From assembly GCA_027317865.1 (NCBI GenBank), contig DAHVQG010000006.1:32001-96000 (forward strand): a stretch of 64,000 nt of DNA, written 5' to 3'. Shown piece after piece: positions 55,262 to 64,000 of the stretch. Each line of letters opens with the position of its first letter. The stretch's first letter is position 1. Origin of the DNA: Bdellovibrionales bacterium (lineage in GTDB: Bacteria > Bdellovibrionota > Bdellovibrionia > Bdellovibrionales > UBA1609). The position numbers were made by a program, and so were the translations under genes. Under the pieces are notes generated by a model that saw nothing but the letters and a program-made list of their open reading frames with translations, was not told the DNA's origin and did no database searches.

Positions 55262-56560
55262 TCAGTTTGCGGTTCCACCGAGGGTCCGACCTAAATAACC
55301 ACTCGTGCGATCTTCATTTATATCGCCGATTAAGATAGCTCCCGCGCGGCGAATATCAAAGTATTTTTTTAAATACAAATTGAGACTGTCAACCGTGACT
55401 TTTTGCAGCTCTTGAATCGTTTGGTCAACCGTATGATTTTCACCAAAAATCATTTCGCTGTAACCAATGGAGTTCATTCGGTTTTCAATATCGTCAGATT
55501 CAAGCACGAGACTACCGATTACTTGCGTCCGGTAATAATCCAGCTCTGCGCGGCTAAGACCCTTGCGCGCCAGACTCTCGATCTCCCGTACAATTACTCC
55601 AAACATACGCCGCATATTTTTCGTGGCGGTGGCCGCGTAAATCGTCTGGATACCGGTATCGTAAAACGGCTGCAAGTAACTGTACACGGTGTACGCAATC
55701 CCCATTTTCTCCCGCACTTTTTGATATAATCGAGAAGTCATACCTCCGCCCAATGCCGCGTTAGCAAGATACGATTCGAAACGGTTGCGATCGCGCACTG
55801 AAACTGACGGGAGCGTCACCAGCACGTGGAGCTGTTCGGATGGTCGCGAGAGCACTTTTTGAAACGACCGGTAAACCGGGCGTTTGCGCGGCGGAGCCTG
55901 AAACGGTCGCCTTCGCAAATTCAAAGTTCGCGACATTAAACGAACTACTTCTTCGTGGTTAACGTGCCCGGCCACGCACACCAGCATATTATGACCCTGA
56001 TAGCGGCGCGTGTAGAAATCAATAAGCTTTCGCCGTGTAATTTGTTGCAAAGTTTTTGGTGTGCCCAAAATCGACCGTCCCAGCTCGTGACCCTTGAACG
56101 CATTTTCGAATGCTAAATCAAAAATAAAATCGTCATACTCGTCGGTCGACATGTGAATTTCTTGAATGATGACGTCACGCTCTTTTTTAAAATCGTTGGT
56201 TTCAAATTGCGAATTACTCATGAGATCCGAAAGGACATCGAGACTAAACGGCAAATGTTCGCGCAAACTTGTGGCATGAAAACAGGTTTGCTCCCGAGTA
56301 GTATATGCATTGAGATCGCCGCCGACTGCTTCAAGACTCCGGGCGATTTCATATGCATCGCGAGTTTCGGTGCCTTTAAAAACCATATGCTCGACAAAAT
56401 GAGCCGCTCCAATAATATCTTCAGGCTCATCACGCGTACCTTGATCGACAAATATACCGGCGCATACCGCGCGACTTGAGGGATGGTGTTCTGTGATTAT
56501 TCGAACCCCGTTTTCGAGAACTGTTTTATTGTACAGGGGTTCGAACTCAAACGCTTTCAT
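55262..56560 (-). CDS. M16 (pitrilysin) family zinc peptidase
   Basis: Inverted zinc motif HFVEH.VFKGT, NAYTTRE, LGGGMTSRLYQKVRE; pnp-M16-dut neighbourhood. Confidence 0.92.
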   Translation of the reverse strand: MKAFEFEPLYNKTVLENGVRIITEHHPSSRAVCAGIFVDQGTRDEPEDIIGAAHFVEHMVFKGTETRDAYEIARSLEAVGGDLNAYTTREQTCFHATSLREHLPFSLDVLSDLMSNSQFETNDFKKERDVIIQEIHMSTDEYDDFIFDLAFENAFKGHELGRSILGTPKTLQQITRRKLIDFYTRRYQGHNMLVCVAGHVNHEEVVRLMSRTLNLRRRPFQAPPRKRPVYRSFQKVLSRPSEQLHVLVTLPSVSVRDRNRFESYLANAALGGGMTSRLYQKVREKMGIAYTVYSYLQPFYDTGIQTIYAATATKNMRRMFGVIVREIESLARKGLSRAELDYYRTQVIGSLVLESDDIENRMNSIGYSEMIFGENHTVDQTIQELQKVTVDSLNLYLKKYFDIRRAGAILIGDINEDRTSGYLGRTLGGTAN

Positions 56561-56585
56561 TCAAATTTATTTGCCTGTAAGGCGT

Positions 56586-58694
56586 CTACGCGTTGGCATT
56601 AACTCGTTCGAGCAACGCCTTTCGCGACAACTTAATTCGGCCTGAACGGTCGACTTCTAGAACTTTGACGTCTACCGTATCGCCTTCTTTTAACACGTCT
56701 GAAACGCTGCGAATGCGTTCGTGCGCGATTTCAGAAATGTGAAGGAGCCCGCTCGTATTCGGTAAAATTTCAACAAATGCGCCAAAATCAGCGATTTTTA
56801 CAACTTTACCGTGATACGTCTTACCAACTTCGGCTTCAGCACAAATGTCTTGGATCATTTTTATGGCTTTTTTAGTCGCCTCTGGGTCGGCCGCCGCAAT
56901 GTGAACCTTACCGTCGTCTTCAATATTTATTTTAACTCCAGTGGCTTCGATGATCGCTTTGATCGTTTTACCGCCAGCACCAATGACCTCGCGCACTTTT
57001 TCAGGTTTCACCTGAATCGTTTCTATACGAGGAGCGTAGTCTGAAATCTGACCACGCGGCGCCCGAATGGTCTTTTCCATTTCGTTCAGGATATGATGGC
57101 GGCCTTCATGGGCCTGAGCGAGAGCCTTTTCCATAATTTCAAAAGTTAGGCTGTCAATTTTGATATCCATTTGTAGAGCTGTAATGCCGTCTCGCGTACC
57201 AGCGACTTTAAAATCCATGTCACCTAAGTGATCTTCGTCACCAAGTATGTCGGTTAAGATCGCGTATTTGCCACCGTCGGTGATAAGCCCCATGGCTATT
57301 CCAGCCACATTACCTTTTATAGGGACGCCGGCATCAAGCAGCGCAAGCGTGCCCGCACAAACCGTACCCATTGAGCTTGAGCCGTTTGATTCCAACACTT
57401 CGCTAACAACACGCAAAACGTACGGGAATTTTTCATAATTAGGCGCCACCATTTTAAGCGCGCGTTCAGCTAAGTTGCCATGACCAACTTCGCGTCGGCT
57501 TTGGGCCCCCACGCGGCCTGTCTCACCCACGCAATAAGGAGGGAAATTATAATGGAGCATAAACCGTTTCACGACCGACCCTTCAAGTGCATCGATTCGT
57601 TGCTCGTCATCTCCCGTGCCGAGAGTCACCGTTCCAAGAACCTGCGTTTCACCACGAGTAAAAAGTCCGGACCCGTGAGCACGTGGCAACAAACTAACTT
57701 CCGTACTGATCGGTCGTACGGTTTTCGTGTCGCGGCCGTCGATTCGGACGCCATCCACAATGATCATCTGCCGGGCAACATGGTATTTCAGGTCTTCAAA
57801 AATTTTAATAATTTCTTTCGTCCGTTGCGGCTGAAGTTCCGCCGGCTGCTCGGGAATGAATTTTTCGGTCGCCGACCGAAGGGCATCATCGAGTAACCCA
57901 TATCGAGTTTGTTTTTGCCTCTCCGACAATGCTGCCTTTACTAACGGGCGCAGATACGCCTCTGCTTTTTCACGAAACTGAGATTCAATTTCGATCGGTG
58001 TGAAGTCGCGTTTCGGCGTCGCACCGGTCTTTTGCCGTAGCTCATCTTGCGCTTTCAGAATCGGCATCAACGACTTATGTGCAAAGCGCAAAGCAGAAAG
58101 AACATCCGCTTCAGTTACAAATTTAGCTTCACCTTCGACCATCAAAATACCATTTTTTGTTCCCGCGACGGTGATGTCCATATCCGATTCCGCGAGTTGA
58201 TCACGAGTCGGGTTGGCGATCATTTCGCCATTTACTCTACCAACAGTTACTGAAGCGATCGGACCATTAAATGGAATGTCGCTGATGTGAGTTGCAGCGG
58301 ATGCCGCAATACTGGCCAAATTGTTGATGGGGTATTGACCATCGTAACTCAAAATTGTCGCGACCACCTGGGTATCAAAATTATAACCTTCTGGGAAGCA
58401 CGGGCGCAGCGGGCGATCGATCAAACGGCAATTTAGAATTGCATCCGTTGTCGGCCGGCCTTCGCGTTTGAAATAACCACCGGGGACACGTCCGGTTGAA
58501 TAGAATCGCTCGACGTACTCAACAGTTAACGGGAAAAAATCAGCATCTCCGCTGGATTTATCCGAGACGACGGTCACGAGCACAATATTATCACCACACG
58601 TGACGAGCACCGCTCCATGGGCTTGTTTGGCCAATCGCCCTGTTTCAAATGTAACAGTTCGCCCTTGAATCTCGAAAGAAACCGTTTCTTTCAT
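56586..58694 (-). CDS. pnp: Polyribonucleotide nucleotidyltransferase (PNPase)
   Basis: FFPLTVEY, RLIDRPLRP, RREVGHG, SNGSSSM, DHLGDMDFKVAG; KH and S1 domains. Confidence 0.98.
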   Translation of the reverse strand: MKETVSFEIQGRTVTFETGRLAKQAHGAVLVTCGDNIVLVTVVSDKSSGDADFFPLTVEYVERFYSTGRVPGGYFKREGRPTTDAILNCRLIDRPLRPCFPEGYNFDTQVVATILSYDGQYPINNLASIAASAATHISDIPFNGPIASVTVGRVNGEMIANPTRDQLAESDMDITVAGTKNGILMVEGEAKFVTEADVLSALRFAHKSLMPILKAQDELRQKTGATPKRDFTPIEIESQFREKAEAYLRPLVKAALSERQKQTRYGLLDDALRSATEKFIPEQPAELQPQRTKEIIKIFEDLKYHVARQMIIVDGVRIDGRDTKTVRPISTEVSLLPRAHGSGLFTRGETQVLGTVTLGTGDDEQRIDALEGSVVKRFMLHYNFPPYCVGETGRVGAQSRREVGHGNLAERALKMVAPNYEKFPYVLRVVSEVLESNGSSSMGTVCAGTLALLDAGVPIKGNVAGIAMGLITDGGKYAILTDILGDEDHLGDMDFKVAGTRDGITALQMDIKIDSLTFEIMEKALAQAHEGRHHILNEMEKTIRAPRGQISDYAPRIETIQVKPEKVREVIGAGGKTIKAIIEATGVKINIEDDGKVHIAAADPEATKKAIKMIQDICAEAEVGKTYHGKVVKIADFGAFVEILPNTSGLLHISEIAHERIRSVSDVLKEGDTVDVKVLEVDRSGRIKLSRKALLERVNANA

Positions 58695-58701
58695 CTCATC
58701 G

Positions 58702-58971
58702 CTACTTTCTAAGACCTAAATCTTCAATGAGTTTTACGTATTTGCCGGAGTCGTTTTTGCGTAAATAATCGAGCAATTTTCGGCGTTGCGATACTAACTT
58801 GAACATGCCTTGCCGGCTGTGTTCATCTTTAGCATGCAATTTAAAGTGTTCTGTTAATTCACTAATTCGTTTCGTCATTAGTGCGACTTGAACTTCGGGA
58901 CTGCCCGTATCGAACTCGCCACGACGAAACTGTTTAACAATGTGTTCTTTCTTGGTTTTTGATAGCGCCAT
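58702..58971 (-). CDS. rpsO: 30S ribosomal protein S15
   Basis: [31 protein letters not shown]. Start moved to ATG 58971 with a GGAGG SD. Confidence 0.97.
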   Translation of the reverse strand: MALSKTKKEHIVKQFRRGEFDTGSPEVQVALMTKRISELTEHFKLHAKDEHSRQGMFKLVSQRRKLLDYLRKNDSGKYVKLIEDLGLRK

Positions 58972-59061
58972 GCGACCTCCGTCAATTTCAAAACGCTCGA
59001 CTTTAACGACTTTAAACCACATCGACAAGTATTTTAGCTTGGGCCCTTAAATTTAGCCCGT

Positions 59062-59991
59062 CTAAGCGCGATCACATTTGAATACCCGGCAAATCTTAAG
59101 CCCCTGATGCGGCTGCGCTTGTAATAGTGCCAACATTTCGCCTGTTTCGGCACTTAAAATTTTGACTCCTATTGCTTGGTTGGATTGCGTGGCCTGTCGC
59201 TTTTCGGGAAGCAACCGCCGATCCAGCTCCACAGGGACCTGCCCGTTCTGAACAAGGCGCTCGTCGCGCCCTCTTACCGAAATCGCCCGCCACGTCGAAA
59301 GGGTCTGTCGCAGCGGAACAATTGCCCCGCAAGGAGCGCTTAAATTGCCAACGACTTTTTCAACTTCTTCTAGGGCAAGGGCCTCGGTTAAACGGTAGGG
59401 CTCGCACGTTGTCCGTCGTAAAGATTCAAGTGTAGCGCCACAGCCCAAACGCTCCCCGAGTTCGCTCGCCCAGCGGCGAATATAACTGCCCTTCGAGCAT
59501 TCGACGTGAGCTTCGATACCTTGCTGCGACACTTCTGATATCTCAAGATTCCAAAACGTCATCTCTTTAACTGGCAGTTCAACAGGTGTTTGGGTTCGCG
59601 CCATTTGATAAAGCTTTTGTCCGTTCACTTTGGCCGCCGAATAGGCCGGAACTGTCCACATAAATGTCCCCACTAAACTCCGGGCCGTCTCGCGAATTTT
59701 ATCGGCCGATTGCCGTACTTCTTCGTGACTGAGTACTTGCCCCGTAAGATCCATGGTGTCGGTACGCACACCCAACCGCACGCGCATCTGATAGGATTTG
59801 TTTTCGTTTAATACGAAATCTGAAATTTTGGTCGCTTCGCCCAACAAGACGACAAGAAGACCAGACGCCATCGGGTCGAGAGTTCCCGCGTGGCCAACTT
59901 CGCGGGTGTTAAAAATATGGCGAATTCGATTGACGACATCGTGACTCGTCAATCCCGAAGGTTTGTCGATGAGCAACAGCCCGTGAAACAT
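59062..59991 (-). CDS. truB: tRNA pseudouridine(55) synthase
   Basis: DKPSGLTSHDVV, GHAGTLDPMASG, PAYSAAKVNG, CSKGSYIR. Confidence 0.96.
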   Translation of the reverse strand: MFHGLLLIDKPSGLTSHDVVNRIRHIFNTREVGHAGTLDPMASGLLVVLLGEATKISDFVLNENKSYQMRVRLGVRTDTMDLTGQVLSHEEVRQSADKIRETARSLVGTFMWTVPAYSAAKVNGQKLYQMARTQTPVELPVKEMTFWNLEISEVSQQGIEAHVECSKGSYIRRWASELGERLGCGATLESLRRTTCEPYRLTEALALEEVEKVVGNLSAPCGAIVPLRQTLSTWRAISVRGRDERLVQNGQVPVELDRRLLPEKRQATQSNQAIGVKILSAETGEMLALLQAQPHQGLKICRVFKCDRA

Positions 59992-59997
59992 GCGAAA

Positions 59998-60375
59998 TTA
60001 TTCCTTCGTTGATGGCTCGTTTTTTAATCGCGCCAGCTCAATTTCACGCAGCGCCGCTTCGATTTTTAATGTCTTCTCCATCCCCTCGTCGAGTAAAATT
60101 GTGATACGCGGCACGAACCGCATACGAAGCAGGTCGTTAACGACAAGTTGAATATCGCGAACGTGTTCTTCTAGCGTTGCCATCGTTTCTTTTTTGTCTT
60201 CGTCCGTGCCCATGACGCTCACGAAAACTTTAGCTGTCCGCAGCCTTTCGTTCGATTCCACGCGCGTCACGGACACAAATCCACGCAAAGGGTATTTGAA
60301 ACCCTTCAGCAAAAAATTCGCCACTAAATGCTGGATTTCTTTTTCGACTCGTCGAATGCGCCGGTCATCTTTCAA
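59998..60375 (-). CDS. rbfA: Ribosome-binding factor A
   Basis: RRIRRV, VSVTRVE...LRTAKVFVS, LRMRFVPRI; follows infB. Confidence 0.92.
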   Translation of the reverse strand: MKDDRRIRRVEKEIQHLVANFLLKGFKYPLRGFVSVTRVESNERLRTAKVFVSVMGTDEDKKETMATLEEHVRDIQLVVNDLLRMRFVPRITILLDEGMEKTLKIEAALREIELARLKNEPSTKE

Positions 60376-60394
60376 TCGAAGCTCCTTTCAGCCT

Positions 60395-62998
60395 TCAAAC
60401 GGCCGCTGGAGAGACTTGCTCAATAACGTAGTCTTCGATGATGTCACCGACTTTGATGTCGTTGAAATTTTCAATTCCAATACCGCATTCGAAACCCGAG
60501 GCGACTTCGCGCACATCGTCCTTAAACCGACGCAAGCTTGCAAATTTACCTTCGTAAACTATGGCCCCGTCACGAATAATACGGCATAGATCGGAACGCG
60601 TGATTTTACCGTCGACCACGGCACAGCCGGCGACGTTACCTGCCTTTGGTACACTAAAGACTTCGCGAACCTCGGCACGACCTCTTGCGACTTCTTTCGA
60701 AACCGGCTGCAAACGTCCCACCATCGCCTTTTTCACATCATCAAGTAATTCGTAAATGATCGTGTAAGTGCGGATGTCCACATTGAGCTCTTTGGCCAAG
60801 CGCATGGCTGGCGTATCCGGCCGCACGTTGAAACCTAAAATGACCGCTCCCGAAGTGGACGCAAGAAGCACGTCGGATTCCGTCACACCGCCAACCTGGC
60901 TGTGAATAACTTTGACGCGAATTTCAGGCGTGGATTCTTTACCAAGCATCTCGCGCAATGCTTCTACACTACCCGCCACGTCGGCTTTAACGATGACATT
61001 AAAGTCTTGAGCATGGCCTTTCTGGATTTTTGCAAACAATTCTTCAAGCGAGACCGCGTCTTTGCCCGTGGCTACAGGCTTTTCAAGTTCAGTTTTTCGA
61101 GCTTGTGCAATTTCACGGGCAATATCTTCACTCTTGACAACATCAATACGTTCACCCGCAACCACAGCTTCGGGCAAACCCAATATCTCAACAGGATCGC
61201 CCGGCTGCGCCGATTGCACTGATTCACCGCGATCATTGATCATAGCTCTCACACGACCTGCGGCAACTCCCGCCACGATATGATCGCCGATCGAAAATGA
61301 ACCATCATTGACGAGTACTGTTGCCACTGCTCCGCGGCCTTTTTCGAGACGCGACTCAATGACAACACCAGTTCCTGACCGCTTCGGATTTGCTTTTAAG
61401 TCTTCAACCTCTGCCACCAACAGAATTTGTTCAAGCAACTCACGAATTCCAGTTTTTTTAAGGGCCGAAACTTCACAAAAAATATTTGAACCGCCCCATT
61501 CTTCCGGAACAATCTGTTGTTCGGTCAGCTGTTGCTTGATGCGGTTAACGTCGGCACCCGGCTTATCTATTTTGTTGACCGCAATAATAATCGGCACTTC
61601 GGCCGCTTTAGCGTGTGATATCGCCTCTACTGTTTGCGGCATCACGCCGTCATCGGCGGCAACTACAATAATGGCAATGTCTGTGACATTTGCACCGCGT
61701 GCCCGCATGGCCGTAAAAGCCTCGTGGCCGGGAGTATCGAGAAAGGTAATTTCTTTGCCGCTTTCAAGTCGAACTTTATAAGCGCCAATATGCTGAGTGA
61801 TTCCGCCAGCCTCACCGGCGGCGACGTTCCCCTGGCGAATGGCATCGAGGAGCGAAGTTTTACCATGGTCAACGTGGCCCATCACGGTCACGACAGGTGG
61901 TCGAGGTACGGGTTCAGCAGACAGATCGCCAAATGCGGAATCGTCCAATCGTTGATCGGGCGAACGATAAACATTTTCTGCTTCGAACTGAAACTCAGGT
62001 GCAATTAGAGCGATTGTTTCAAAATCAAGATCGGTGTTAATGGTCGCCGTCACACCTTCGCTCATAAGTTTCTTAATCAGCGCCGGAGCCTTTACGCCCA
62101 TTGTAGCCGCAACCTGCCCGACAGACATTGCACGCTCAACGCGAATGATCCTTTTTGAAGCCTTGGGTGTTGTCAAAAGTGTTTTTTTGACATCCCTGCC
62201 GACGGCTACTTTTTTCTTCTTCGGCTGAAAAATTACCTCTCGCTTACGAAAATCGGACGCATTGAAGTTCTGCTGTTCTTCTTCGCGATTACCCGGACGC
62301 CTTTTTTTGTCTTCACGGCTTTTCTCGTCTTCGAAACCAGCCGGTTGTTCAGCAATTGGCTGTTGGGCAAAGAATCCGGTGCGGATATTTCGCGACCCCG
62401 TAACAGGGGCCCTCGGCGTGCGGTCTGATAGCGCTGTTGCAACTCCCGGCTTACGTACGCGACTCAAATCCATCCGGCCGACAATGTTACGCCGCTTCGC
62501 CTCCACGGTCGCGGTTTCCGCAGTGCTTGATGCTTTCGCATCTGTTGAACCTGACGTTTCACCGGCAAGCGCCTCTTCTGCGCTCGCCGCTTCGGGTGAA
62601 ATCTCTTTCTCTGCTGCTACAGCAGGCGCGGGCACCTCACCGGCTTTACGGCGAATGACTCCCACTTGTTTTTTAGTCGCGGCCCGCTTGGGTTTTGCCG
62701 GTGCCGCTGAAGGAGCTTTTTCTTTTTTAACAGGTGAATCTTGAATCGTTGCCTTGGCAACTTTTTTCGGTGCGGCTGTTGCCGGTTTCTTCGGCGCGGC
62801 CTTTTTCACCACCTTGGTTTTTGAAGATTTAGAAGCACGCTCCTCAAGCAATTTAGCCCGAATTTCATCCATTAACGGTTGATCGAGCGTGGCCATGTGA
62901 CTTTTCACAGGGAGCTTCCACTCTCGAATCTTATCCATTAGCGAAATTGTTTCGATGCCAATCTCTTTGGCAAACTCAAAAACCTTCATTTGCGTCAA
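60395..62998 (-). CDS. infB: Translation initiation factor IF-2
   Basis: [55 protein letters not shown] start overlapping the nusA stop. Confidence 0.98.
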   Translation of the reverse strand: MTQMKVFEFAKEIGIETISLMDKIREWKLPVKSHMATLDQPLMDEIRAKLLEERASKSSKTKVVKKAAPKKPATAAPKKVAKATIQDSPVKKEKAPSAAPAKPKRAATKKQVGVIRRKAGEVPAPAVAAEKEISPEAASAEEALAGETSGSTDAKASSTAETATVEAKRRNIVGRMDLSRVRKPGVATALSDRTPRAPVTGSRNIRTGFFAQQPIAEQPAGFEDEKSREDKKRRPGNREEEQQNFNASDFRKREVIFQPKKKKVAVGRDVKKTLLTTPKASKRIIRVERAMSVGQVAATMGVKAPALIKKLMSEGVTATINTDLDFETIALIAPEFQFEAENVYRSPDQRLDDSAFGDLSAEPVPRPPVVTVMGHVDHGKTSLLDAIRQGNVAAGEAGGITQHIGAYKVRLESGKEITFLDTPGHEAFTAMRARGANVTDIAIIVVAADDGVMPQTVEAISHAKAAEVPIIIAVNKIDKPGADVNRIKQQLTEQQIVPEEWGGSNIFCEVSALKKTGIRELLEQILLVAEVEDLKANPKRSGTGVVIESRLEKGRGAVATVLVNDGSFSIGDHIVAGVAAGRVRAMINDRGESVQSAQPGDPVEILGLPEAVVAGERIDVVKSEDIAREIAQARKTELEKPVATGKDAVSLEELFAKIQKGHAQDFNVIVKADVAGSVEALREMLGKESTPEIRVKVIHSQVGGVTESDVLLASTSGAVILGFNVRPDTPAMRLAKELNVDIRTYTIIYELLDDVKKAMVGRLQPVSKEVARGRAEVREVFSVPKAGNVAGCAVVDGKITRSDLCRIIRDGAIVYEGKFASLRRFKDDVREVASGFECGIGIENFNDIKVGDIIEDYVIEQVSPAAV

Positions 62999-64000
62999 TT
63001 GTTACCTTCTTCTTTGCCTTCTTGACTCTTTAACTGTTCCATTTCTTCTTTTAAGCGCTCTTCTGCCTGGCTTTTAGCATTGCCCACAGGAGCCGTCACT
63101 TCAGATGCGGTTTTGGTTGGTGCCGTCGGCAACTCTTTGCCTTCGTCTTTGTACTGCTGAATGAGCGCCGTGGCATCATTTATCAGTTTTTGAGCCTTAT
63201 CCGGATCATCATAACCCGGAATATTTTTGACTTCTTCGACGTCCGACTCGCTTATGGCCTGCACGGAATTAAAGCCAGATTGATAAATATTTTGCGCCAT
63301 CGTTTCAGTCATGCCAGGCAACAGCATCAAATTGAAGATCGCCTCTGCAGTTCTTTGCGCGGCAGCCGTTTCAGATACGATATCTAATTTCCAACCTGTC
63401 AATTTCGCGGCGAGCCGCACGTTTTGGCCCTTTCGTCCAATTGCTAAACTTAACTGCTGATCAGGAACGACAACTTCCATCGATTTATTGGTTTCATCCA
63501 CGAACACTTTTGATATTTCCGCTGGAGCCAAGGCGTTGCAAACGAAGCGCGTCGGTTCTTCTTCCCAATTCACGATATCGATCTTTTCGCCACGCAATTC
63601 TTGCACTATGTTTTGCACGCGCGAACCCTTCATCCCCACACATGCACCGACCGGATCCACCGCAGGATCTTTTGATATTACCGCGATTTTCGCACGTTGC
63701 CCCGGTTCACGAGCTGCGGCCATTATTTGCACTATCCCGTCGTAAATTTCAGGCACTTCAATTTCAAATAGTTTCATCAAGTAGCGCTCGTCCGCGCGTG
63801 ACATGATGATTTGTGGGCCACGAGTGGTTTGACGGACATCTGCAATAAACCCTTGGATGCGATCACCGGGTTTATATTGTTCACCCGGAATTTGTTCGCG
63901 CGGAGGGATATAGGCCTCTGTACGGCCTAAATCGACCACGATTGCGCCGCGCTCAACTCGGCGGGCAATTCCCGAAGCGATTTCGCCTTTGCGCTGTTCA
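62995..64000 (-). CDS. nusA: Transcription termination/antitermination factor NusA, 5' end outside the window
   Basis: S1 and KH domains (EVPEIYDG, AREPGQRAKIAV, DPVGACVG, LSLAIGRKGQNVRLA); frame open to the window end. Confidence 0.97.
   Translation of the reverse strand, partial: EQRKGEIASGIARRVERGAIVVDLGRTEAYIPPREQIPGEQYKPGDRIQGFIADVRQTTRGPQIIMSRADERYLMKLFEIEVPEIYDGIVQIMAAAREPGQRAKIAVISKDPAVDPVGACVGMKGSRVQNIVQELRGEKIDIVNWEEEPTRFVCNALAPAEISKVFVDETNKSMEVVVPDQQLSLAIGRKGQNVRLAAKLTGWKLDIVSETAAAQRTAEAIFNLMLLPGMTETMAQNIYQSGFNSVQAISESDVEEVKNIPGYDDPDKAQKLINDATALIQQYKDEGKELPTAPTKTASEVTAPVGNAKSQAEERLKEEMEQLKSQEGKEEGNN

Overview
A gene-dense, mostly housekeeping chromosomal segment. Gene content (mevalonate operon, alternative complex III, deltaproteobacterial-type T2SS, TIGR02147-type regulator, GGG-motif secreted protein) suggests a Bdellovibrionota bacterium; this is inferred and was not checked by search. 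In window order: (1) a mevalonate operon, transcribed fni-mvaA-PMK-like-mvaD-mvk, chained by overlaps onto rpmI-rplT; (2) infC (ATT start) and thrS, with a lipoprotein gene inserted between infC and rpmI; (3) actABCDEF preceded by system II cytochrome c maturation genes; (4) a small accessory patch at about 20.4-26.1 kb; (5) a complete gspC-N T2SS cluster interrupted by a reverse-strand hbd-crt-porin block; (6) ssb, rel, rpoZ, gmk, yicC, miaA, mutL and several beta-barrel/membrane unknowns; (7) dut, M16 peptidase, pnp, rpsO, truB, rbfA, infB, nusA (partial). I saw no rRNA, tRNA, CRISPR array, IS or integrase. The best candidates for undescribed biology lie in the accessory patch: a sigma54-type promoter, twin palindromes and a TIGR02147 regulator divergent from a secreted HExxY protein gene; an orphan GHKL kinase-STAS pair; and a sigma54-driven FabD-like pseudo-enzyme. 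Periplasmic proteins also look depleted of acidic residues, hinting at an acid-adapted host. All calls come from reading the sequence and recognising motifs; no database searches were run.
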